This document shows positions 1-12,786 of a stretch of DNA of 64,000 bases, piece by piece. The number at the start of each line of letters is the position of its first letter. Position 1 is the stretch's first letter. The position numbers were made by a program, and so were the translations under genes. The notes below the pieces were generated by a model, which saw nothing but the letters and a program-made list of their open reading frames with translations, did not search any database and had not been told where the DNA came from. The DNA is from Eledone cirrhosa (taxonomy: Eukaryota): NCBI GenBank assembly GCA_964016885.1, contig OZ024741.1:322276001-322340000 (forward strand), in the 5' to 3' direction.

Positions 1-50
<50 letters not shown>

Positions 51-294
51 GTGTGAAAAAAACCAGTTATACTTTATGGTGTATCTTTCATAATAATTTG
101 AGAGCCGTGGAAGTGATGGATGTTATAATTGATAGAGCACCGGATAAAATGGGTTGTGTTGTTTATTAACCTTTGCTCTTAGAGGGCGGTTATCTCGGCC
201 TTTTCTTCTTCCGTGACCAATAAAATAAACACCAACCTAAAAAATCTCCACCAGTTAAGATGTGATAATTTCGCTATTTGGATTTTGACGATTT

Positions 295-630
295 TGCTTA
301 CTCTGTCTATGTGATATCTTTCTATGTCCTTGTAATATCACTATCAGTCTATATGGCATTACTCTATGTCTATGTGATAACACTATCTGTCCATGTAATA
401 TTACTCTATGTATTATGAGATCCCTCTCTGTTTTTGTAACATCATTCTTCGTCTATGTAGTATCACTATCTATCTACTTGTTATTACTTCCTGTCTATAT
501 AATATTACTATCTGTCTATGTGATATACCTACCTGTCTATTTGCTATGACTATCTGTCTATGCAATACAACTGTCAGTCTAGGTGATATTACTCTTTCTC
601 CCACCAAATGATACTATCCCTCTGAGTTTA
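295..630. repeat. Degenerate ~21-bp minisatellite (ctatgtgatattactatctgt-like)
   Basis: Repeated ctatgt(g/a)atat(t/c)act(a/c)t(c/g)tgt units; explains the spurious ORF 408..611. Confidence 0.75.
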
Positions 631-879
631 TGATATTTATCGCTTAGAGAGAATGTTTCTTACAATCATATCACATTAATTCAGATATCACTTCTTCACT
701 ATTGGCTGCACATTATATTTCCTTTTCTAGATGTAGCTAATCACTTTTTCAAACGTCTTTGGAGATATTTAGATTTCCGCCGAAGCCAACCGTTCTGCAA
801 GAATGTGACTTAAAGTCATGTAATACTTGCCCACAATCTACATTTACATTTTCTGTTATTACCTAATTTTGTTTTTGTT

Positions 880-1200
880 TTTGTTTGATTTTGCTTTATA
901 CAGTATATTTCGTAGTCATTGATGGTTTACATCATAAGTTATCAAAGTCGCGTTTGGTTTATGATTTGGAGGAAGTAACCCGATAGTAATTTCATCTAAC
1001 AGTGTTCTTGTGGTTTACATTATATTTTCTGATAACATCTAATGTTGAAGGTATTTGATTTTTTGTATAATTTCGTTTCTGTTTGTTTTTGTTTATACAG
1101 TATATTTCACATTCATTGGTGGGTTCGTAATTTATCACAGTTAGGTTTGTTTTATCATTTGGAGGAAGTAAGCTTACAGTAATGTCATCTTACTGTGATC
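880..1200. repeat. Diverged ~190-bp tandem duplication
   Basis: tttatacagtatatttc...atttggaggaagtaa occurs at ~895-980 and again at ~1090-1171. Confidence 0.6.
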
Positions 1201-1349
1201 TTTTCGTTTAACTTTTTCATTTATATTCGTGTCTCTTTGAAACCTCGGGTTACTATTTCATTTGAGCTTCTCTTTGCGTGTGAATATATGGATGTATGTG
1301 TATGTATAGCTATGTGCGAATATTTGTGTAACCACATGTATGTATGTAT

Positions 1350-4128
1350 GTATGTATGTTTTCTCTTTCTCTTAATTTCGAGTATATTTTTTTTGACCGG
1401 CCACCTTCCTGGTGGCAAGGTTGTAAAAGAAAAGAAATTGTCATCCCTTGAATCGCAAGAATGTTTTGCAAATTTTGAAGGTGCCAGCTATCGCAGCCAT
1501 TTGTAGACTATGAATTAGGGAGCTGCGCTTTTTGTCCGCAAATCCAAGTTCAGTCATACTTTGGTCCAAGCGGGTTGGTATATAACCCGTAGCACCAATA
1601 ATGATGGGTATGAAGCTAAAGGTGTATCTTGGATACTGGATTTGTAAACTCCTCATCAATGGTCCGTAGATGTCCTCCTTCTCCTGTATTTTTCTGACAA
1701 CGTTTACATCAAGTGGGCAGCTGATCTCCACAACAGAACACGTTTTTAATGTGTGGTCCCAAACTACAATATCAGGCCGGTTGTGCTTTAATTTGGTGGC
1801 AGTTTTTATTTTCAGGTTCCACCAGTATTCCTTAGTGCCATCTGTCTCAATATATTCTTCCTCGTTTGTTGTTAATTTTGTTTTCCGAAGTGCGTTCCAG
1901 ATGGTTCTAGCTATCCCATCGTGTCTCATGGGGAGGTAGTAGCGAGATGACATTCTTTCGCAGCTGGCAACAATGTGGCTTACATCCTCGATCTTTGTTT
2001 TACATAGCCTACATTTATTGTCAGCTGCTGGCCCTCCTCTTTTGTGCAGCAGATATTTGGTAGGGAGTTCTTGTTCCTGTATTGCATAGAGATATCCCTC
2101 AAGGTGTGATGTCATAAACTTGTCGGAACTCCATGCCAGGCTTTTTGAGTGGTTTATCCCCTCTATGGTCTGTGTTTTACGCCTCAAGTATCCATGCACA
2201 ACTTTTTCTGTAAATTGGTCAATTTTTTTTATCTTGTTTGAACATTGAATAGGATCTTCCGATTTCTCTGGGTGAGAGATTTATATCAGGCTTTATTCTA
2301 TATCTCTCCTCCAGATCAGTCGCTATTCTAATGATATTTCTTTTTTCATGGTCATAAACCTGGGCAAGATGGTTGCCAACCTTTTTCCTCTGTTGAAGGT
2401 GTTGCTTCAGTGTTACAATCCGGGTCTCATATGTTGTTAATATTGATTTTAGACCCCGGCCACCTTCCTTGCGTGAGAAGTATAGCCTATCCACATCACC
2501 ATTGATGTTAAAGTTCCCAGTAACACTGAGAAGTTTTCGAATTCTAACATCCATCTCACTTAGTTCTTGCAATGACCAGTTCAGTAGGCCAAATGTTGGC
2601 GTTAGAATTGGCACAGCATAAGTATTGTGGGCAATGTATTTGTTGTATGCTGACAGTTCTGATGACCATATTTTCTTTACTCTTCTGAGGTATTCAGTTC
2701 TGGTTCTCTCCTTATTTATGGGTCCATCATATCTGACATTCTCATCCTGTCCAAGATATCTGTAGTTGTCACCTGACTGCAGAGGTTGTATTGTCAGGCC
2801 GTTCATCTCTAGATTTCTAGAGGAGGGCACAGCTCTTCCACGTTTTACTGCCAAATATGCACACTTGGACTCACCAAATTTCATTTTGATGTCGGTTGAA
2901 AATTGTGTAATGAGGTCCAATTGTTTCTTGATGTCATTGATATTTGGCCCATACAACTTCAGGTCATCAACAAAGAAAAGATGGGAGATACTTCTGGGCC
3001 CACTTCTTTGTCCACCTTGTTTCCTGAGTAGGTAAGATAGTGGATTCAGTGAGAGAACGAAGAGTAGCACTGACAAGCTATCACCCTGAAAGATGCCCTT
3101 CTGGTAATGTATCTTATCAGTCTTAACCTGCTCCTTCTCACCTCTAAGGATCAAACTGGTGTACCAGTTCTTGGTCAGGCGTTCAACAGCAGCTACCAAT
3201 GGTTGTGGGACTTTAGCTAACTGTAAAGCCTTAACAATCCACCCATGAGGTACACTATCAAATGCTTTTTGATAGTCCAGCCACACGACAGTCATGTTTC
3301 TGCGATTCTTTGTTGTTTTTTCCTAAATCATTTTGTTAGTTAGTAGGTGATCTATGCAACCCCACACCCCCCTCTTTCCACCAGCTTGCTCAGGTGTTAT
3401 GATGTTGTTGGTAGCACAGTGATCCTGTAAGAACAGGTTAAGGCACCCAGTATATAATTTATACATGATGTTTTGGCAGGAAATTGGGCGGTAATTTTTA
3501 GCAAGGGTGGTTTGGCTATTTTGGGGAATGAGGAGAGTAGAGGCAGTTGATAACCATCTGGGCAGTTCTTGTGTGCCCTTAATGGTTTCTGTAAACAGCC
3601 GTATGAGATCTTGCCGATAGAAAGTGAAATTCTTCAACCAGTATCCTGTAATGAGGTCTGGGCCTGGCGATTTCCTATTCGACATTTTCTGTAGAGCTGT
3701 TTCCAGTATTGACCCATCTATGTCATATTGTTTTGTCTGGACATGTTGGCAGTAGTCCTGTTCCAGTTCTTTTAGCCAATTAGCTTGTCTGTTGAATCCG
3801 TCATCCGTTTCCCATACAGATCTCCAGTAGCTCTCAACCTGTTCTTTTGAAGGGGTGTCATTTACAGAGATTGAGCTTTTGCCACCGAAGCTGCGATAAA
3901 CTGATTTAGGATCTCTGGAAAACAATCTATTTAGCACTTGTCGTTTATGTGCTGTTGACTTATATTTCAGTCTTTCTGTTGTAGCTGTGAGTTGTTGTTT
4001 CAACTGGTGTAATTTGGAGTTCAAAGTTTTAAATTTTGTATCTCCAAATCGTCTCTCTAACTTTTTCTTTAGGTCTTCCTGGTGTCGTGTGAAGTTGCTC
4101 TCTATGTTGCATTTCATAACGACTGCGA
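1350..4128 (-). mobile_element. 5'-truncated RLE-clade non-LTR retrotransposon (R4/Dong-like) flanked by (TATG)n
   Basis: RT motifs KSPGPD, NYRPISC, WLDYQKAFDSV, GIFQGDSLS, HLFFVDDLKL, YRYLG; C-terminal CRLC..HIVASC, RHD and RPDIVVWD...VEISCP...KEDIY restriction-like endonuclease. Confidence 0.92.
1441..4128 (-). pseudogene. RT + CCHC + RLE endonuclease ORF with one in-frame stop (3323-3325) and one frameshift (~2200-2230)
   Basis: ORFs 3323..4225 and 2219..3295 share a frame; 1441..2199 is in another frame after a homopolymer run. Confidence 0.88.
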
Positions 4129-4220
4129 TGTGTGTATGTATGTATGTATGTATGTATGTATGTATGTATGTATGTATGTATGTATGTATGTATGTATGTA
4201 TGTATATATATAGAGATATA

Positions 4221-4530
4221 TGCATGACTTAGTGTTTAGAGCGTCGAGCTTACAATCGTGGGGTTGTGAGTTCTATTCTCGGACCGGGCTTTGCGTTGTG
4301 TTCTTGAGCAAGACACTTTATTTCATGTTGCTCCAGTTCACTGAGTTGTAGAAATAAGTTGCGACGTCAATGGTGCCAAGCTGTATCGGCCTTTGTCTTC
4401 CCCCTGGATACATTTGTGGCATGGAGAGGGGAGACTGGCATGCATGGATGACTCTGGTCTTCCGCAAACAACTGGAGTGGAACTTTCTAGGCGCAATTCC
4501 CATGGTCATTCGTAACCGAAGAGGATCTTA
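4221..4530 (+). mobile_element. tRNA-derived SINE with V-domain-like core
   Basis: A-box-like tgacttagtgtttag, B-box-like gagttctattct, core gtgttcttgagcaagacactttatttc. Confidence 0.75.
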
Positions 4531-4594
4531 ACCTTATTATATTTTACAGGAACAACAACAACAACAACACACGTGTGTGTGTGTTGTTCCCGGA

Positions 4595-4906
4595 CCTCCG
4601 TCGTTTCCGACGACAAGTGCTCTAATTGTTTCAATCAATAGAATTAGTTACTCGCGAAATTAACGTCTAATAGGTTGGGCATTCCATAGAGATCTACACC
4701 CTTAAAGTGGTTCTCAGGGAGATTCAGTGCGACAAAATATGTGACAAGGTTGACTTCTTGAATTACAAGTAAAAATCCTTTTTACCAGCTGACTGGAATG
4801 AAGCAACGTGAAATAAAGTGCCTTGCTTAAGGACACAACGTATCGTTCGTCTGATCCGAGAATCGAACTCACAACCCGACGTTCGTGTACCACTAAGCCA
4901 CACACC

Positions 4907-4909
<3 letters not shown>
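4595..4909 (-). mobile_element. tRNA-derived V-domain SINE (second family)
   Basis: Minus strand tggcttagtgg...gagttcgattctc...gtgtccttaagcaaggcactttatttcacgttgc; related copies at ~8535-8830(-), ~31945-32065(-), ~46915-47240(+). Confidence 0.75.
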
Positions 4910-4993
<84 letters not shown>

Positions 4994-5026
4994 CTGTATG
5001 GTTACTTCATTAATATTTTCTGCTGG

Positions 5027-6055
5027 ATGAGTCGATGGTGTGCTTGTGACTATCTTATAGAGCTGCAGTCCTGGGTGAAGAAAAGACCGAAAACGATGGG
5101 CGCCTGGCACATTGAATGCGCTCAGGCGCTCACAGTCCTCTGGCAAGCGGCACAGCAATCAGTGGAGACTCCACTTCGACATTCTATAGAGGGATTGTAC
5201 GTTACAAGGGCGACGACGTGCTTGGAGATACTCTGGGCGTCGAAGACGATGAGCTCACCAGTCTGTTTGGTAGGACTTTCCCCCCGGGACCTATGGACAA
5301 CTTCCAGAGGTCCCTGACCTGGCAGTGCTACCGAGGAGCTCTACCGGTTCGTGACAAGATCTACAGGCACGGACGCCCTGGCAGGGATCCTTCCAAGATG
5401 ACGTGTCCAAGATGCGCGCAGGACATTGAAACAGTCATGCACGCAATTGTACACTGCTCGGGCGTAACCGACCTGTGGAACTATGCAGAACAACTGCTGT
5501 CGCGTATGGGACAAATCCAGTTGACTGCCGAGTCCATAGTAAGGATCAAACCGCCAGCCTCTTTCAAAAACGAAAGAGAGGCGGTTTTCCTCTGTAGGGT
5601 GGCTATGGTGAAAGAAGTTATATGGTGGACGAGGTTGAGAGGACTGAGAACAGATGCCTTTCTCTCCGGACAACAATTGATTCCCTTCTTTAAGTATCAC
5701 TTTAGAAGGAGAATCAGGGTGGAGAGAAAGGCAATGCACCCCAGTAAATTTACTGAAAGGTGGGTGAATGAAGCGAAAATGGCCCGAGTGATTGGGCCTT
5801 CTCTGTTTATAAGCCTGTAGGTTGAAGAAGAGAGCAAAAGGAAGAAAGGAGCACTTGCACAACACGCTCCTGGAGTTGAGTGTTGTTCTATCGACGGGGT
5901 ATTAAACAACCCATTTGTGGCGCCTCCCCCCTATTGGGGATTTCGATTGTTGTAATTGTTTGTTTTTATATTTTTTACACAACTGTATGGAAAATCCCCG
6001 GCATGTCTTTGTATTGTCCCCTTTTCTTGTGCGCCCTTGTGGCTAATAAAGAAAT
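5027..6055 (+). mobile_element. 3' fragment of Tx1/L1-clade LINE (zf-RVT domain plus 3' UTR)
   Basis: ORF 5116..5820 SLTWQCYRGALPVRDKI...CPRCAQDIETVMHAIVHC...KEVIWWTR; ends in aataaagaaa. Confidence 0.82.
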
Positions 6056-6218
6056 ATATCTCATATAGTGTGTTGATAGATGGTGTATATGAGTGTTTGA
6101 GAGTAAGTTTATATGTGTGCGGCTATGTGTACACCTGCGTGTGTTTGAGTGCCGCATGTGTTACTGTGCGTGTATATGTAAGTGTATTTGTGTGTGTGTG
6201 TGTTTGTGTATGTATTTC

Positions 6219-6260
<42 letters not shown>

Positions 6261-6445
6261 TAAGTGGAGGGGGGGGGGGGGTTACGTAAGATATGCTTTC
6301 TATTGGCGTTACTGCGTTTGTTGTTACTGTTGCTGTTGTTTTTGTTGTTATCGATGTCGTCGTCGTCGTCGTCGTCTTCGTCGTCTTCGTCGTCGTTATC
6401 GTCGTCGTCGTCGTTATCGTCATCGTCTTTGTTGTGATTTCTCAC

Positions 6446-6531
6446 CACTTTACGCTGTCGTCTTTTACAATCTTTTTACGAAGCGTCTTGTAGTCTTTGA
6501 AGATGACTGTCTCGATAGAATTCGAAGATAT
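6446..6531 (-). CDS. Candidate internal host exon ([29 protein letters not shown])
   Basis: 86-nt unique island with ccttcag| acceptor and |gtgaga donor, one open frame; no family recognised. Confidence 0.35.
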
Positions 6532-6558
6532 CTGAAGGATATCTCCTTATACTTATAT

Positions 6559-6601
<43 letters not shown>

Positions 6602-6672
6602 TATATATATACATACACACATATATATATATATACAGACACACACATACACACACACATATATATAAACAT

Positions 6673-6752
<80 letters not shown>

Positions 6753-6946
6753 GTATATATATATATATATACATATACATATACATATACATATATCCTT
6801 GGAAATTCTCTGAATTTCCAATCTTTTGATCAGCGAAACCGTCGGTCACGGCATTAGAAGAGGTAAATATTTAAATCGTATTTTAATTTATTTAAAAGAT
6901 TGTTTAATGTTTACTTGTTCCGCTCATATATATATATATATTATTT

Positions 6947-7777
6947 TTTTTCAATCACATTTTTTTATTTGTTTGACCCGAATTACTTGGTTGTTTCTAT
7001 GGCTGTGCGGATAATGGTTTAAGCATCGTCTCAGTGTGTTTGGCCTTTTAACTTATGTTGTAGCTCTGGTTCGTTAGAATTTATTGAGCGCTTGCCACAC
7101 ATCTCCGAAGTTGTTTTTCGCTAATTTCCAATAGCGGAAATACGATTCTCGCTAATTTATATTTGTATTAATCTCTAGAGTCTAGCTATTGACCAGTTAA
7201 TTTTCTTGATTTTTTTTAGTTGATTCTATTGACTGATGAATAGCTTTTGTTAACTTTAAAACCATTTTGTTGAGAACTTAATTCGTTTTGTGATATTTTG
7301 CAATTTTGCAATATTACACACTGAATTCTTCCGCCAAAAATAAGGGTTGCCTCCCTTGCCGAGCCCCACGTGGGTATTGGTAATGGTCAATTCTTGGCCT
7401 GACACTTGAACTAAAACCTGTTGAGAAAGTGACTTCCTTGTTCAATCATCTTACCAAAAGCTTAACATTATTTGTCTAAGCGGACAGTACTTGATTTAGG
7501 AGTCGCAGAAACCCAAATGGTGGATTTTACCAACCATCCAGGGGTCCGGGTAAATTTTTCAATCACATTTTTTTTATTTGTTTGCCCCGAATTACTTGGT
7601 CATTCCTATGGCTGTGCGGATAATGGTTTAACCATCGTCTCAGTGTGTTTGGCCTTGTAACGTATGTTGTAGCTCTGGTTCGTTAGAATTTATTGAGCGC
7701 TTGCCACACATCTCGGAAGTTGTTTTTCGCTAATTTCCAATAGCCGAAATACGCTTCTCGCTAATTTATATTTGTAT
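6947..7777. repeat. ~220-bp direct repeats (6947-7168 and 7556-7777) bounding a unique core, flanked by (TA)n; possible partial-tandem pseudo-LTR
   Basis: Near-identical ttttcaatcacattttttt...cgctaatttatatttgtat. Confidence 0.7.
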
Positions 7778-7797
7778 ATATATATATATATATATAT

Positions 7798-7920
7798 AAC
7801 AAAGGAATTGTGGTAAGGAACCAGATGGACCATAACGCACCAGAGTACTCAATACTTAGGGTAGTAGAGTGGGAAATAGGAAAAAGTATGACCTCGACGG
7901 CAGAGCTCAAGCCGTTTCGT
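7798..7920 (-). repeat. Dispersed repeat, probable PLE pseudo-LTR end; other copies 47690-47775 and 56588-56785
   Basis: Shared gtggtaaggaaccag...gcaccagagtactc.atacttagggtagtagagtggg; always embedded in (TA)n. Confidence 0.7.
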
Positions 7921-8534
7921 CTATATATATAGAGAGAGATACATATACATATATTTATATATACATATATATACATACATACATACATACACACATACAT
8001 ACATGTGTGTGTGTGTGTGTGTGTGTGTACGCGCGTGTGTGTGACCATGTATCTGTGCGTGTGCATGTGTATATGGATAGATATTAATACACACAGACAA
8101 ATGTGTATATACATGAATATTTATATTTAGGTATGTCGAATATCAGATCAGGCATTGGTTCATTCACTCTCGTCCAGGAATATTTTACAAAAGGCCAATC
8201 ATATATTACACTTTCTTCTTCTCCTTCTTAGAGCTGTTGTTGTTATTGTTATTGTTGTTGTTGTTGTTGCTTTTGTTGTTGTTGTTGTTGTTATACACGC
8301 CTATACACACGCGCATTCACACTCATTTCGCCAGTTCCTCTCTCTATGTCTGTAAGTGTGTATTTTTGTAAGTGTGTCTGTGTTTGCCCGTTTATATTTA
8401 TATAGTCTTACATATAAATATATACATATACACATACATACACCCACATATATACACACACACATACGTCACCGTGTTGAAAAAAATTCTAGTTAAATAA
8501 ATTGTCTTCAAATAAATTGTCATCAAATAAATTG

Positions 8535-8830
8535 TCTTGCTCAAGGACACAACGAACCGGCAGAAATCGAACTCACGTCCTTAGGACAATGAGCCGAATA
8601 CCCTAACCATTAAGCTATATACGTTTATACAGATACATGCACACGTCGAATACAATGGTTTCTACGATGAGTGTTCCAGTTGTTCAATCAACAAAAAAGC
8701 ATGTTCGTGAAATTAACGTATACGTGGTTAAGTATCCCACAGACACGTGTACTCTTAACGTAATTCGCAGAAAGATATTGCATGACACAGTTTGCGACAA
8801 ACCTGGCCGCCCTTTGAATTCCAGTTACAT
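8535..8830 (-). mobile_element. Degenerate tRNA/V-domain SINE fragments
   Basis: gtcttgctcaaggacacaacg...aatcgaactcac and 3' part matching 4595-4770. Confidence 0.6.
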
Positions 8831-9017
8831 CTCAAGCGATAGGCTTCAAAACGATTTCTGTCTATTCAATTTCACTTACAATGTTTCGGTCAACTTGACG
8901 CTATCGTATATATCACTTGCTTGAAATGTCTCACAGTGAGATAAAAGCCGGGACCTAACTGTTGAGAAATGAACATATTTAAAAATTCGGCCTAGTTGCG
9001 TCCACATACATGCATGC

Positions 9018-9129
<112 letters not shown>

Positions 9130-9351
9130 GCGCGCGCGCGAATTGAAATAACAGACGTTGCCCGCGGCAAAGCCTCGGAGAATTATTAAAGTCACAAAGT
9201 AATTTACATTTACTACAGTAAACCTTTCTGTTAATACATACATATATAGAGTCGCACACACACACATACACATACATACATTCACATATACACATAGCGC
9301 AGATTGGTATCTATTTCTGTATGGTGTGTGTGTATATATATATATATACAT

Positions 9352-9966
9352 GTGTCAGGTCACCAGTTGGTGCTACTGGTAACATGTATCCCAGTACAAC
9401 CTGTCCCATGGTCGGGTCGTTGGCGACTAAACTGGCAACCCCACCAAGGTTTCTTGGTGAGGAGGGTGACTTTGGACATCCTGCAGGACTAAAAACAAAA
9501 CCTGTCAAAGGGCAAAGGAGCTCTTAAGAGTCAATGGCCATCCAAAATCACTGGGAGAGATGACCCCTTAGCCTTTGTCAAGGCAGAATTCTAGGAGAAG
9601 GAAAACTCTGATATAACACCTGCAACCCTGATGGTATCCAATGATGTTGACTTGTTCTTCTTTTTGGTAAATATCATCTTGGTTAAGAGAGTGGGACTGG
9701 CTTTGTGCAGTGCCTTTGCTCACTATAAAAGCTTCACGGCACAGGCATTGCTTTATATCTGGAGATCTCTGATCTCTCTGCACTTGTCGTCACATGGTAC
9801 CATGGGCCAAGCACTATGTGTCAATAATTGTCACAGGTGTAGTGTTTGTACCAGAGTTTTCAAGTCGGTGGCTGGACTGAAAAGTCACACTCGTTCAGCG
9901 CATCGGTAGGGGTTCTCCTACATGGATATAAAGTAGTGGCCGTACTCGAAAACGAGTTGGCAGCCA

Positions 9967-9969
<3 letters not shown>
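9352..9969 (+). mobile_element. Internally deleted (non-autonomous) RTE-clade element; second copy inverted at 34497-35043
   Basis: Structured 5' region, C2H2 remnant CSVCTRVFKSVAGLKSHTRSAH, 3' hairpin ctcgaaaacgag followed by (AT)n. Confidence 0.7.
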
Positions 9970-10040
<71 letters not shown>

Positions 10041-10070
10041 AGATCAAAAGATGGTTAAATGAGTTCCATG

Positions 10071-10141
10071 TATTTTATTATGCGCATTTCAAAAACAAAT
10101 ATCATCATGCAATAACATTTGAGTTTTCATCAGATAAAATA
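10071..10141 (-). ncRNA. Minimal type I hammerhead ribozyme in the PLE-1 3' pseudo-LTR
   Basis: Minus strand tattttat-CTGATGA-long stem II-GAAA-tgcgca-TA-ataaaata; 8-bp stem I, palindromic stem III. Confidence 0.85.
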
Positions 10142-10505
10142 AGAGGACATGATATGAAGGTTAAAAAACACTTGTGGATAGTGCAGTTTTAAATCAACAT
10201 ATGAAAAGTAGTTTTAGATTGATGTGTGATATTGGGGAAAACAAATTTTTGAGGGGGTGGGGGGTGGAAAGGATGAAAAAGAGGAGGAGATGAGAGTAAA
10301 AAGTGGAGGGGGAGGAGTATAGTGAGGAAGGATGAGATAGGAGGAGAGATAGGTGATAGAGAGAGAGAGATAGCTTTTATAACTGAGAAAAATATATTGT
10401 TTTACATAGAGAGGTTGAAAAAACCGTTGGAAGATAATGTATAAATTAAAAGAATTTGAAAATTAACGAAGAGAAAAATAATGTAAAGTTAAGGTTTGTA
10501 TATTG

Positions 10506-10673
10506 AAGGGTTTAATAATATGTGCGATGAAAAGAAATTGTTAATATGTATTAAGAATAATATTTAAGGGTTTAATAATATGTGCGATGGAAAGAAAATG
10601 TTAATATGTATTAAGAATAATATTTAAGGGTTTAATAATATGTGCGATGGAAAGAAAATGTTGATATGTATTA
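10506..10673. repeat. 60-bp tandem repeat, ~3 copies, inside the PLE-1 3' region
   Basis: aagggtttaataatatgtgcgat at 10506, 10566 and 10626. Confidence 0.85.
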
Positions 10674-10982
10674 TTAAAAAAACAGAAGTAATGTAAGTAA
10701 GGATATATTGTGAGATGAGCATGAATAAGTTAGATGAAAGGGAGAAAAAAATAATGAATAGAGGATGAATAATCTAACGTCAAAAAATGTTTATGTTTAC
10801 GAAGGATTTTTTCAAGGTGATATGAAGTAAGAATATGGTGTATTGTGTAATAATTGTTTCTATGTTAGGCACAGTGAGAAAAGGTACAGATTAGGGGTTA
10901 GAAATTAGGAGTGATGTAGAATATAATAAATATAATAAATAACTTTGAAATAAGGTAGAACGATGGGTATATTTTTAAAGAA

Positions 10983-11053
<71 letters not shown>

Positions 11054-11093
11054 CCTTTGAGAAAAGGATTCTGAATTGATAAAGTTTATCATA

Positions 11094-12390
11094 TTAGCTG
11101 TATACTTTATGGAAAGTTCTGTGGAATTTATGCAAGCAAATAGAAAACAAGTCAGTGCGTCTATTTACTATAGAATCTAAATTAGAAATAATGGTAAATT
11201 TTTCATTTAGACAGAGATTGCAAGTCTTGGATAGAGAACTGTTCAAGTATGAATAAGCAGAGGAAACCTTTTTCCAAGAGATGTTATATTTAATATTTTT
11301 GTCTTTCAAGGACCATATGAGTTCTGAGAGAGCCGTGTTGGTTCTTTTAAGTTTATATTTAAAAGACGAATGATGATTATAAAGACGAGCTTTAAAGGAG
11401 GTGGAAGTGGAGCCAAAATAGGTGAAGGAATTGGTGTCTGTTATAACTTTACGTAAATTAAGTTTTTATCAAGACAATCGTTGTTGAGAGGATATTTATT
11501 TTTAGCAGGGAAATTGCAATTGCGATTAGAGAGATTATTAACGAGTGACCTAGTGTTATCTATAGAAGGAATTGGATTGGAGAAGTTATTGGCGATAGGA
11601 ATAATAGTTTCTTGATATAGAATGGGATTAAGAACATTTAGCGAAGTTGTGTTTGACGTTGTATTTGGGTTTGCAGAAATTAGCCTAGAGTTTACAATGA
11701 CGTCGGGAGTACTATTACTATTATTATGATATTCAGTGTAGGAAGGAAGAGATTTAGTATTTAGTATTTTATTGTTGTGTTTAGAGATAATGTTGGAAAT
11801 GTTGGAGGATGTTGAATAGGAAAATTTTATAGTGTGTTTGTTAAATATTTTACTATAGATATGTGAGGGCGGGAAGCATTTATTTAAGGCACTAAAAAAT
11901 AATTTAGGAATATTATTATTAATAGAGATGGAGAAAGGAGCATTATACCAGATTATGTTTTTGTATCTAGGTCTTTTATTAAAGTTATTGGAATGATCAT
12001 GATTAATTATTCTACTGTAAGATCTTCTAGAATTTGTTTCTTTATTATATTTGATTTTATCAGGATAGCCGGCTTTAGAAAGAGCGTTATTATAGTAATT
12101 GGCGTTAGCATCGAAGATGTTTTTATTAGAAGATAGGTTAGATATTCTTTTTCCAATATTACTAACTATGGCATTCTTAATATTGGTAGGGTGGTTAGAT
12201 TTAAAATTAACATAATTTAGGTTCTCATTGTTTTTAATATAGGCCAGTGTCAAGATTAAGAGATACATCCAAGAAATTAGCTAGTTTGATGCTGTTATCA
12301 AATTCAATTTTTAGGTTATGTTGGTTAAAGAGATTACGTATATTGTTCTTAATAATATTAAGGTTAACTGTGTTGCAATTTAAGATAGTA
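11094..12390 (-). pseudogene. PLE RT C-terminus plus GIY-YIG endonuclease, frameshifted
   Basis: ORFs 11441..12268 and 11094..11309 align in order with the PLE-2 protein. Confidence 0.85.
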
Positions 12391-12420
12391 AAGAGTCTTT
12401 TTAACCTTCATATCATGTCC

Positions 12421-12491
12421 TATTTTATCTGATGAAAACACAAATGTTATTGCATGATGATATTTGTTTTTGAAATGCGCATAATAAAATA
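12421..12491 (+). ncRNA. Minimal type I hammerhead ribozyme in the inverted pseudo-LTR of PLE-1
   Basis: tattttat(12421-28) CTGATGA(12429-35) stem II GAAA(12472-75) tgcgca TA ataaaata(12484-91). Confidence 0.85.
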
Positions 12492-12614
12492 CATGGAACT
12501 CATTTAACCATCTTTTGATCTTATATATTATGTATACTCCAGTCCTACAAACTGTAGAGTGCTTCTTATCCGATATCTGCATTGCTTTATTGTACTACAA
12601 TAAAACTCACCTCC

Positions 12615-12686
<72 letters not shown>

Positions 12687-12712
12687 TCTCATCTATATTA
12701 ATACATATATAT

Positions 12713-12786
12713 ATATTCGAAAATATTCTGTATGTTTATAATAAACATTTTGAAGACCTAATCGCTATAGAATAGAATACGTCACG
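12713..12786 (-). repeat. 74-bp inverted copy of part of the 311-bp unit at the 5' end of the array
   Basis: Exact reverse complement of 12856-12929. Confidence 0.95.

Larger units (their letters stand above)
10031..12617 (-). mobile_element. PLE-1: 5'-truncated Penelope-like element with an inverted pseudo-LTR at its 5' end
   Basis: 10031-~10170 is the reverse complement of ~12398-12531; RT motif NFLDVSLNL, SNHP, WYNAPFS, GIY-YIG remnant LIY...YFGSTSTSFKARLYNH, CNLCLNEK...CLH. Confidence 0.9.

Noticed and set aside
4221-4300. tRNA gene
   Set aside because: Degenerate tRNA-like head continues into a SINE core; no acceptor stem
6800-7275. Partial hammerhead-like words (GAAAccgTC at ~6835, CTGATGA at ~7233)
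   Set aside because: Neither has the matching half of the core with paired stems
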